Shown here: one piece after another, positions 51,672 through 62,432 of the stretch
How the letters are laid out: each line of letters starts with the position of its first letter
Numbering within the stretch: position 1 is the first letter of the stretch
Assembly: GCA_030390025.1 (NCBI GenBank)
Contig: CM059432.1
Coordinates: 91,266,001-91,330,000 of the forward strand
Direction of reading: 5' to 3'
Source: Squalus acanthias
Lineage: Eukaryota
Length of the DNA: 64,000 nucleotides
Program-made: the position numbers and the translations under genes
The notes under the pieces: generated by a model
Database searches by the model: none
Told to the model about the DNA's origin: nothing
Seen by the model: the letters and a program-made list of their open reading frames with translations, nothing else

Positions 51672-52098
51672 AGCATTTATATAGCACCTTTTATGACCTC
51701 AGGACGTCCTAAAGCGCTTCACAGCCAATGAAGTACTTTTGAAATGCAGTAATGTAGGGAAATGCGGCAGGCAATTTGCACACGGCAAGGTCCCACAAAC
51801 AGCAATGAGATAATGACCAGATAATCTTTTTAGTGATGTTGGTTGAGGGATTAATATTGTCCAAGACAGCTATAGAACTCCCTGCTCTTCTTCAAATAGT
51901 GTCATGGGATCTTTTATGTCCATCTGAGAGGGTGAACAGGGCCTCTTTTTTAACATCTCAGCCGAAAGACGGCACCTCCAACAGTGCAGCACTCCCTCAG
52001 TACTACACAGAAGTGGCAGCCCAGATTATGTGCTCAAGTCTCTGCAGTGGAAATTGAACCTACAACTTTCTGACTCAGAGACGAGACTGCTACCACTT
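51672..52098 (-). mobile_element. Deu-domain-type tRNA SINE (SacSINE1-like), second copy
   Basis: Colinear with 27303-27755. Confidence 0.8.
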
Positions 52099-52763
52099 AG
52101 GGTATATAGTGGGATGAATGGAAACTGCCATGGTGGCTGTGTCTCAAAAATGATGTTTTTCTGGAAGGTGATTATGCAAGGATTGTTTTGTAACGTTGTT
52201 TTAGTGGAATGTGATTATGGAGAAAATTGAAATTGCGAATGATGGGTAAATAACAAAAGTAGAAATAATTAACCGATAAGCAAGAACATTGGCAGTTAGA
52301 TATCACAGTCACAATGTAGAAAACAGACTCAAAAGACACAAGAAATTTTGCTGTAAAGATGATTTGCTTCATTGTTTAGATTGCCGTATCACTTTTTTAT
52401 ATCACATGTATATTTTCAATTTTTGCTGCCCACAAAACAAGATTTCAATATCTTCCCTGTAATATTTTCTATAAATACTGGGAAATAATTGAGAAATTAC
52501 TAATTTAACATTTAATAATCTCGTTAGTAGCATCCAAATTAACCCACACATACTCCAGGGCTATGCAAATACTAAACAGCAATCGGGATAAGAGGAGGCT
52601 TATTTTGTGTTTATCTAGGTGAACAATGTTAGCACTGGGGTATAGAGTAATGCCTCATTTTGAGCACTCAGTAGCAATATCAAATACTCTCAGATACAAA
52701 CAGAAAATGCTGGAAATACTCAGCAGGTCAGGCAGCATCTGTGGAGAGAGAAACAGAGTTAAT

Positions 52764-54143
52764 GGCTGCGATTTCGCCGGCCGAGGCGGGTTCAGTCGTT
52801 GTCGGCATACGGTCCCACTGCCTACTGAAGCCCGCCGAAAAAAAGGATTTTATGTAAATGGGCCTTGTTAAGCCCGCCCGTCGCATTCCCCGACCCTATT
52901 AGAAAGTGCGGGTCAGGTGACGTCAACGCTGACGCTTCCCTTGCCGGTTTATTTAAAGGGCCCATAGCCCCACTTCATTCAACTTCCTGAATTTGAAACG
53001 AGCATTGCTGAGATAGCTTGTTCAACCCAAAAATGAGCTCACAAAGGTAGAGGGCTGCACCTCGATTCACTAATGACTCCCTCCATGTTCTTGTGGAGGG
53101 AGTCAGAGCACGCAGGGAGTTTCTCTTCCCTGCCAATGGTCGGAAGAGACCTCCCCAGGAGACCAAGGCAGCCTGGCTGCAAATAGTTGAGGAGGACACA
53201 AGCAGGGATGTCGTCAGGAGGACCAGGCTGCAGTGTGCAGTGGCGCAAACCTTTCAATGATCTCAGTAGATCACGAAACGTTACTGCAAAGCCACTCATC
53301 ACATCCCCATCACTCTGCCTTCCCTACCCTACTCCTGCACATCCTTACTCACACCAACTTACCTTGCACCTCCACCCATCCCTCTGTATCTACATTATCA
53401 CTTCTCCATCTCACTAGCCACCCCTCACACTCACCCTCATCCTAGTCCAATCATACCAACTAACAACACACAAAGGTAGGCACTTGGGTGGTTTAGCCAA
53501 TGTTCATGTAAAGTTTCTGGTAATGTGCTGTCAAACATTGAAATCTTTATTTTCAACACTTTGCATTCTTGGACAGATTTGTGTGCACCTTTGGAAGTGG
53601 CTTAGTGAGTTGCAGTGAATGGTGAGACATAACGGTACCCCCCGTAATGGTGATGAGTGTGAAAGGAATGGCTTGGGCATTGTAGGGATGCTTTATGGTG
53701 TTGGTGTGGGGTGGTGCCAACCTGGCGCATTATGTGGCAACCAGGGTGTAGAGCGTACATGGGAAGGGAAGAGGACCTCCCTGCGTGCTGTGACTCCCTC
53801 CATAAGCATATGGAGGGAGTCATGGGAGAGCCTGGGTGCAGCCGTGCACCTCTGTGCAGTGTTTGTCAGTGTTTGCAGCACCTCAATGCTGTAGAACACT
53901 GACAGCACAAATATTAAAATAAAGTTGGCCATGGTCCCTTTAAGGAAATCGGTTGATGATACGTCATCAAATGATGTCACCAGACCCGCTTCCTCTAATT
54001 GGCTGGGAAATGCGCTGGGCGGGCTTAACAAGCCCAATCAGGGGAAAATCATTTCAGAGGCCGGGATGGAGCCAGCAGCGGGGTCGGGACCCGCCACTGA
54101 TGTCGCCCGTCACGGACCTGCTGAGGTTCGTAAAATCCAGCCC
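52764..54143. mobile_element. Harbinger-derived element N with two inward-facing Myb 5' fragments and no transposase
   Basis: Plus-strand Myb from ATG 53033 (RAAPRFTNDSLHVLVEGVRARREFLFP) and minus-strand Myb at ~53870-53760 (AAPRLSHDSLHMLMEGVTARREVLFP). Right end GTAAAATCCAGCCC; left end degenerate. Confidence 0.75.
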
Positions 54144-54347
54144 CATCACCTCCAAATTCCCTCCCAATTCACACACCATTATGACTTGGACATAGATCAC
54201 TGTTCCTTCATCGTCACTGGGTCAAAACCATACAGACTGCAGCAATTCAAGAAGAAAGCCCACCGCCACCTTCTCAGGACGACTAGGGATGAACAATAAA
54301 TGCTGCCCCTGCCAGTGACACCCACATCCTGAGAATGAATTAAAAAA
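54144..54347 (+). mobile_element. 3' end of the A-tailed LINE family
   Basis: HHLQIPSQFTHH...QQFKKKAHRHLL, then aataaatgctg...gaatgaattaaaaaaa. Confidence 0.8.
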
Positions 54348-55444
54348 ATGAAAAGTACCATTGGCAGAAAAGTTATTGTGCACCTGCTGTCTAAGTTGTG
54401 CTGTAAGAGAATCCTTTGCTATGTGAGCTCTGCAGTTTTGCTACAAGACATTCCAATATATTGTACTACAATAGTATTTGCAACAATATCAACTCCAATG
54501 TTCTACTTTCCTAGAACATACAATAAGCAACAGGGTTTAATAAATAATGTTTATAATATTCTAGCTACTATATACTTCCACAGATAAATTGAGAGCGGGA
54601 CAACATTAAATACAAAAATCACAAGCATTCCTAATTTGGACTTTCACTGCTGATCCTACTCAAGGCAGAAATCAGAAACATAATCTGATTACGTCTATTA
54701 ACAATATATGTACCAGTGTTGAAACTCACTATTGCATCTGTCAACTTTAAATTGATAGGACATTATTAACAGACTATATTGACTTTTTTTTTACAATATT
54801 TGTAGTTAAATTCAAGTATCTTTATGATAATGACATGGAATAATGAGTAAGCTATAACAATATTGCTATTCAATGATCTAAAAGCATTGGAATGAGTAAT
54901 AATAGTCTTTATATTTTATTGCATTATATATTGGGTAACAATAACATCATTTCAGGAGGCATTATGGTTATTACAGACCCTGAGGGGATTACTACAGACC
55001 TGAGCAAAGCTAGGGTAGGTAATAAGAACCTCACAACTAGTAATGGCCATAATGACTAAATACGATTATCAATCTATGTGATCGTTTTCACAATTTCTGT
55101 ATTTGGTTTATAATTTTCTGTATGTGTCAATGCTGGTATATTTATTGCTACTTCACTGGGCCTCACAAATAACTGAATGTTTAGTCCTCACAATTGAGGA
55201 TCACCTGATTTCTGTCAGCTGTCCAACCAGCTGGTTACCCATTGTTAAACTATTAGCTTCTGCAATTATTCTCCGTTAACAACTGACACAAATTCTTTGG
55301 CCACAATGAATAACATAGATTGAAAATTCACATTTCATTTAGATTAGTGTAAAATTGTTATTTACGAAGATATGCTTCAGGAAGTATCTCGGGGTGAGAA
55401 AATAACTCCTTTTCCATGCTGTTATCTCCTGCTTCACTTCATTC

Positions 55445-55598
55445 TTAGTTTATGCGTTCTTCAAAATCATCTTGCTTGGAAAGAACCAGGGGAGCCAAAA
55501 GTGTCCAGATGTAAAGGGAACTGCAGACCCAGCTGGAGGCAATCTTCATCCATACCGCAATCCAACTGCTTGATACACTTTTAAAATCAGGAGTATGA
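55445..55598 (-). CDS. SERINC: Serine incorporator family protein, last coding exon
   Basis: AG acceptor at 55600-55599, phase 2. Translates (S)HTPDFKSVSSSWIAVWMKIASSWVCSSLYIWTLLAPLVLSKQDDFEERIN*, matching the SERINC motif W.AVWVKI.SSW....LY.WTL.AP. Not in the supplied ORF track. Confidence 0.93.
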
Positions 55599-56495
55599 CT
55601 GTATATGGAATGCAAGAAAGCTACTATCAGTTACCTTAAACCTTCTAGAATTTGATCAGAAATAATGGTTTTATCACTAGGAACTAAAGTAAAATGAGAT
55701 TTAAAAAAAAATCTTTGAGCTCCACTATAAAGTACAGCCCTGAAATGATTCTATGGGATAATTGCATATAAATGCTTAGCACTTTTGTCTGAAATTTTAG
55801 CAGAGTCATTAATCTATTTAAAATAAAGCAGTTATCATCTCTGCTAAAATAAAGAGGAATTTTAGCCAAACACATTAGGTAAGCCAATATCCCACTTTGT
55901 AATCTCAGGGCCTTTTTTGTAATCCATAAACAAAACAGAGAAAAACTAAATTTTTGAATCTGTCCCCCAAGAAGATTTTTTTTAAATTTCATTAGTGCAA
56001 GCTCAGTGTGTAAGAATAGGCAATTGTGGTTGTACATTCCCGGATCATCAATATACAAAGATACAACGTGTTCTTGAAAAGTCATTAAACTGGGTCCAAA
56101 AAAGCGGCAACTTCAGCTGAATCATGATGAAAGGTATTCTTTGGAATCCATGCCATGGTATCATTTGCCTCCTATATCATTTTGGAAATTTTGAATGAAT
56201 TTATAGCATTATAATTTTAATAATCGTGTTAAAAATGACCACATATGTTTTAGAAATTGCTAAGCACTGTGGATGCAATTCAGAAAACAGGTCAGAGCTC
56301 TGACGAGCAAGTTACCTGTCTAACCCTATTGTCTACCTTTTTACCACATATATCATCGATAATATTGATATTCCTCCTTAATACTTTGATAGCATTCATC
56401 AATTTATTGCATTAAAGCTATCATATCCATTTGGAAGCCTGATACAAATAATCTACAACAGCAAACAATCAAATTATCTCTCATTAGACTCTCTG

Positions 56496-56625
56496 GGGGT
56501 AATTTTCAACATCGCTGCTTGGGAGTGGAGTGTGTCCGTTGCAGAACCCGCCTGTTTTTTGTTCCATGGGTGGTCGATGCGTTCTGCCAGATTACCACAC
56601 AGGTGGTGAAGTTGAAAATGACCCC
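56496..56625. mobile_element. 130-bp MITE in the last SERINC intron
   Basis: TIRs GGGGTAATTTTCAAC / GTTGAAAATGACCCC (14/15); tctg on both flanks. Confidence 0.7.
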
Positions 56626-57580
56626 TCTGGCTCTGCGTGTCACTTTTTTTTCTATGGGAACAATTTTCAGGGCCTCTGCTCAGCAGGAACAGGGCGGTAG
56701 CGAGCTGAAAATGGCAGTGCACCACTTACCGCCCTGTTCTCATTCCAGATACAACCTCTGCCATTTCTATCAATGGTACATGTAGGCAAAAATGGAATGT
56801 TAGAAAGTAAATTGTTGACAAAAGAAACCTCTTTTTGTGGAATGTTTTTGTTACAAAGGTTTTGAAGGTATTACATTCAAAATCTTACCAATGGGAGGTT
56901 GTGACCACCTGCTTGCAATATAAAGACTATCTGTGCTGTAGTCCTGTCGGAAGTGTTAATAACCAGCCTGATTTGCTACCTTGTCTACAGCAAGTGGTTG
57001 ATGGATAAATGATGTCAGGAAAGAAATTCCAATATACATGGTGGTAGATATGTTTACATGATATAAAATATTTACAATCCACGTGGAATTTCTCTAGTTT
57101 GAGTCAGCAACAGTAAGTTGTAACAGTGGCTACACTTCAAAAGTATTTAATTGGCTGTGAAGCACTTTGGGAAGTCCTGAGGATGTGAAAGATACTATAC
57201 AACTGAAATTCCTTTACTTTATTTATAAGTTAACACCTCCATTAAAAAATAGAAGAAACAAACAGATGTTTTAAGTGTTTATCTGCCAATCTTGTAATAG
57301 TGATTTCTAGCCTTAAATATGATGGCCTGACATTTTGAGTTGTAATTCTGAAGCCTTAGTAGGAATCTTCGTTTTGAATTTCTAATTATGAATCAGTAAG
57401 AAGTACTCACAAGAACTAATTTAACTCGGAGGAGAGTCGATAATCAGAAATATTCTGCTTTGTTGTAAATTGCAAACAAAATTTTTGCAAAGAAAACTAG
57501 TTTGTTACAATGGAAAACACTTGCATTGTATTTACTAAATAAGTGTATGCCAATTACAAGATATTTGAGTCATTTGTAAA

Positions 57581-57742
57581 CAATATTCCCTCTAATTTTT
57601 TTGTGTGCGTGGTCCCCTTAACTGTTTGCACGGCCCATTCAAATTTTCGCACATACGTGGTTTCTTCCATGTAAAAGTCAGTGAACAGCCTGCGTGGGAC
57701 CTCCAGACTGCAGCACGGCCACGCAGCCTTGTGGAAACATTG
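57581..57742. mobile_element. hAT-like MITE related to 13233-13395
   Basis: Ends CAATATTCC...GGAAACATTG; similar length and internal sequence to the other copy. No TSD recognisable. Confidence 0.55.
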
Positions 57743-57938
57743 CTTTAAGTGAACAGGAAACACCTTGGGGGGGAAAAATGCCAGTTGGAATTCTATATAG
57801 CTGTCAGTGAGAAATAAATATCTATCAGTCAGTGATCTAGTGATCAATGAACTTGGTTTCTAAAATGAGATCATATTCAAGTTAGCGGATGTTAATTCAT
57901 TCAGAGAACATAAACTCCCAAAGAAAAATGGGGAGTAG

Positions 57939-58520
57939 GGCCCCGAATTTTGGAGTCCCTACTCTGCAACTGAAAATGCAGCAGAGCGGGACTTCCAGCC
58001 GCTTGAAACCAAGGACATGGAATCCATCCCAAATCACATATTGTATACTTGCGATGGGAGGCCCACATCTGTACAGGTACAACAGAGGTGCCCGTCCTGA
58101 CTGTCATTTGAAAAATTGGAGCAGCATCATGCCACTCCAATATCAGAGCGCGTGGCCCTTATGGGGCCCAATTGAAAATGCCTCATTTCGTTTTCTTTTC
58201 CATGAAGGGAAATGTTTCCGTTCATTTTTAAGGTAATTAAACTCTTGGGATCAATTACCTATGCCTGGACAAAGTTTGGTGCCTTCTGAAGGCCAACTGT
58301 CAAACTCAGTCTGCTGTCAACTAGGGTGACTTCCACTGAGCTTACTGAGAGTATAATTCCTGGGGTAACCCGAGAACCCCCCAGAAATACTACCAAAACA
58401 GTCCTAGAACATGGGGGTAGGCGGGCGAAAGAGTCATCCAGGTTCTATCCCAAATTGTGCCCCTTCCCATGGGCAATTCACCTGGACTATACCCTCCCGG
58501 ACTCCCGAAATTTTGGGGCC
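57939..58520. mobile_element. Decayed TIR element in a SERINC intron
   Basis: GGCCCCGAATTTTGGAGTCC / GGACTCCCGAAATTTTGGGGCC inverted ends. Confidence 0.6.
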
Positions 58521-58584
58521 TTCATTTTTAATGTTAAGATTGTGCCTTAAGATGGTTCAGCAATGGTATTGTTTTACCTCTTAC

Positions 58585-58800
58585 CTGTGCCAGTTAGTTA
58601 GTGTCATCATAACGTACATAGAGGCCAGAAAAAGTATAAAGTGGAAAAAAGAATAGCTGTAATGAACCCCTTCCTTTTCATTGTCCTGAAATCGATGCAC
58701 TTCTTCACAGCCTTCCTGAATTGATACATTTTCCAAAGATCCAGCATCTGGATTATTGATGGAGTGGCTATGCCTCTGTGTGCAGCTGGACTTCCTAATG
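58585..58800 (-). CDS. SERINC: Serine incorporator family protein, penultimate coding exon (216 bp)
   Basis: AG at 58802-58801 and GT at 58584-58583, phase 2/2. ...[32 protein letters not shown] is the SERINC signature. Confidence 0.95.
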
Positions 58801-59067
58801 CTGACAAAACGCAACATCAATAGAATTAGTTTAAAAATCAATGGTACTCAGTTTCAATAAACTGTGACTTTAAAATCTATCAATCGGGGCTTAGGAACAT
58901 AAGAAAGTGCAGGATTGGGAAAGAATGCAGTCCACCTGGCTAGCCCCCTACATTTCAATCCTCCATACCCTCATATATCTTTCCAATTTTCCTTTAACCT
59001 TTTCCATACTGTCTCCCTCGCTGGCAATCTGTTGCCCACATTCACTGCCATCTACATAAAACACTTA

Positions 59068-59962
59068 GGGGGAAAAATTCAGTTGGTTGCGCCTCCCGTT
59101 AGCGCCTTAAGAGGGCGCCAATGGGGCGCAAAGCAACTAGCGCCCGGGCGCGGCGATGTTTGCGCCACTCGCGAAATTAACTAGACATTTTGCGGTGGCG
59201 CTAAACACTACCGCCACGATCTCCTGCGCCGGCAGATCGTGACGTCAGTCGAGTGCGCAACGTCCCTGTAGCGCCCCGGAGCGGATATTGAGTGGCGCCC
59301 CCTGCCTTACCGCCTACCGCTAGCAACGACAGGTTGAGGGGAGCGTTTTGCAGTCAGGAAGGGACTGGGGGAGCGCTATTTAAAGGCGACCGCTTCCTGC
59401 CTTTTATTGTTGGTGACATTTTTGAACCATGCATTCTGAGAGAGAGAGAGAGAGAGACTTCTGAAGAGATTCAACGCTGTGTGAAGGAGTTTTGGGTACT
59501 GAGCAGCACTTTGCAGGTTCATTTTGATTTGCCCTTCCTTGTATCGATTTAGAAGAGATTGTGGGGGCTGCACTCTGAGCTCTTTCCCTGGGCCTCTCCA
59601 TTGTTCTTTCCAGCAGATTTGATGTACAGGTCTCTCCAGGCCGAGATTCAAGGCTGCAATGAGCAGGATGTGGATGGAAAGCAAGATCAACCCTCCCCTT
59701 TAAGAACTGGCCGGCGCCATTGTGTGTGTGTTCCATTGCTGACTGACATCACATGAGCTTCGCCAGCGCTCTGAGGTAGCGCCTCACTCCTCGGCCTTTG
59801 CGCCTTAAGACAGGTGTGAAGCGCCTGATTTAGCGCTCCAATCACCTCCAGGGTCGATAAAAGTCAAGTTTGCAGTCGGAGGCGATAATTAGCGCCAGGC
59901 GCTAATCTTTGCGCCCGGCCGATAATTGCGCCCCAAATGGGGCGATACTGAATTTCTCCCCC
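59068..59962 (+). mobile_element. Non-autonomous PIF/Harbinger element (895 bp), copy A-prime, in a SERINC intron
   Basis: TIRs GGGGGAAAAATTCAGT / ACTGAATTTCTCCCCC. TTA TSD at 59065-59067 and 59963-59965. Confidence 0.93.
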
Positions 59963-60359
59963 TTATAATCTAAACTGTCTACTCATCTTCCCTCTTCCAA
60001 GCATGAGTCTGTATGCCCTGGTTTTACAGTTTGATTGGGGTTCAATTTATCTATTCCTTTAAGAATCTTGAATACTTGAATAACATTTCCCCTGAGTCTT
60101 CTCTTCTCCAAAATAAACAATGTCAGTCTCTTCAAGCTCTCCTCTTAAGCGGGTTTTCAGTTTGGTTACCCTTTTCTGTGCTGCCTCCAGTGCCTGGATA
60201 TCCTTGCTATAACACGGCGACCAGAATTGTACACAGTAGTCAAGGTGTGGCCACTCCTGAGTCTTGTCACCTCCGAGGTTACACTATAGATATTGGTCTG
60301 AGACTGTTACCTGTAGAGTGTGCTGCTAAGTTAGAAATCAAAATTATAGACTCATCTGA

Positions 60360-61585
60360 TGCTAGCTCATTAATCATTTTAAATCAGAGATTGATAGATT
60401 TTTACTAGCCAAGGGTATTAAGGGATATGGATCCAAGGCGGGTGGATGGAGTTAGGATACAAATGAGCCAGCATCTCACTGAATGGGAAACAGGCTTGAG
60501 GGGCTTAATGGCCAACTCCTGTTCCTATGTTCCTCTCGTCTTCCCAGTAAGAATGGAACTCTGCTCACACTAGCTTCCACAAATGGGCTGTATTGCATTT
60601 TAACATTTTACAGTTAGGAGCGTGCTCTCGCTCCTAATGTTAAAAATTGTTTGCAGCTGGCTGGATTTATACTACATTTGCTGCAAAATCCAAGTGGTGT
60701 GAGATTATCTACTGGAGATTGGTCACACCTTTTGGCTTCAGTTCAATAAGGTGAAGTGCAACAGTGGTAATCTAGGAACTGTGGAAGAGAGATTTAGGGG
60801 TCCAAGTACAGAAATCAATAAAAGCTAGTGGACAGGTTCAAAAAATAATTTAAAAGGCTAATGGAATGTTAGTCTTTATCTCAAAAGGGCTGGAATAAAA
60901 AGAGGTACAAGTTATGCTACAGTTGTATAAAACTCTGGTGAGACCATATCTGGAGCACTGCGTTTAGTTCTGGGCACTGCACCTCAGAAAAGATATACTG
61001 GCCTTGGAGGGGGTTCAGCACAGATTCACCAGAATGATACTGGGGCTAAAAGTGTTAAGTTATGAGGACAGGTTGCATAGACTAGGTTTGTATTCCCTTG
61101 AGTATAGAAGATTAAAGGATGATCTAATTGAAGTGTTTTAAGATGATTAAAGGATTATATAGGGTAGATAGGGAGAAACTTTTCCTCTGTTGGGGAGTCC
61201 AGAAAGATTGTTCCTTTACAACCTTAAAATTATGAGAAGTCGCACAACACCAGGTTATAGTCCAACAGATTTATTTAAAATTACAAGCTTTCGGAGCTGT
61301 CGCCCCTTCGTCAGGTAAAGGTACAAAATTATAGTTAGGCCATTCTGGGATGATAACAGGAAGCCCTTCTTCACACAAAGGGTAGTGGTAATCTGGAACT
61401 CTCTCCCCCAATGTCAATTGTAAATTTCAGAACTGACATTGATAGATTTTTATTCGGTCAGGGTATTAAGGGATAAGGAGCCAAGGCGTGTAAATGGAGT
61501 TGAGATACAGATCAGCCATGATCTAACTGAATGGTGGTACAGGCTTGAGGGGCTGAATGGCCTCATCCTGTTCATACGTTCCTAA
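60360..61585 (+). mobile_element. CR1-type LINE 3' fragments in a SERINC intron
   Basis: LYKTLVRPYLEHCV, LEGVQHRFTRMI and CR1 3' UTR sequence; interrupted by a Penelope end at 61232-61320. Confidence 0.85.
61232..61320 (-). mobile_element. Penelope-like terminus with minimal hammerhead core
   Basis: Minus strand CTGACGA-A-GGGGC-GACA-GCTCC-GAAA-GCTTGTA (core 61314-61289). Confidence 0.65.
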
Positions 61586-61744
61586 TAAGGTCAGTCTGAC
61601 TCCGTGACAATGCTCGTTGCACTGCTGCTTTTGTGTCTAAAATGACACCAAAGGGGTGGTATAATAGCACAGAATAATAAAAGTATGAGCATAGCAGCTG
61701 TACAGTGGTAATAAAATACTGAACAGACTAATATTCATGATTAC

Positions 61745-61913
61745 CTCAAATATAAGATGCAAATAAGGAATAACACCAATCCTGCAATGCTCTGGCTATC
61801 CCACTTCAATCCTGCGTCTAAAGCATCGATTGTGTTTAGGGTGTTGTTGTCAAAGTCAGTGCTGGGAAATGTCTGCTCAAAAAAACTCATCATATTGGGA
61901 TTACACTTATCAT
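61745..61913 (-). CDS. SERINC: Serine incorporator family protein, internal exon (169 bp)
   Basis: AG at 61915-61914 and GT at 61744-61743. DKCNPNMMSFF...WDSQSIAGLVLFLICILYL(S) splices in phase to the 58800 exon. CNPN.MSF resembles SERINC3. Confidence 0.92.
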
Positions 61914-62432
61914 CTGAAAGCAAAATACAAATTAAGAAGGTTTATTATTACTGTGTAGTAAAATATAACTTAATCTTCATCAAAAATAAATTATTTCATG
62001 CAGGTACATCATTCCATAATTAATGCATTCTATCCAGAAGCATGTCTTGGTACAGAGTTTATTGTAGTACTATTCGTACAGCAATAAATCTCTCTTCCAG
62101 CTTCAAACCCAAGGTCATAGCCAAAGAGGCCAGAATGCATTTGTAAAGTGCTTAATTACAAATAATAACTTCTTATTGAGAATATTTTTTACTGCAATTA
62201 TATCCCTCAGAAAATGATTTGCTTATTATTATGCATTAGAACATTACTCCTGACTAATCAAGAGTGTTCATTAAAAAAAGTAATTTCCTTTTTGACATGC
62301 AAACAAATTCCAGTGTTCTACGTAACTAGTTTCTAAAAAGGTCAGTATCTTAATATAATTGTGACAAAAATGACAACAGTTTTATCTCTTTTAGTCTGCT
62401 AGATATTCCTTTAATTTCAGACACCATACATA

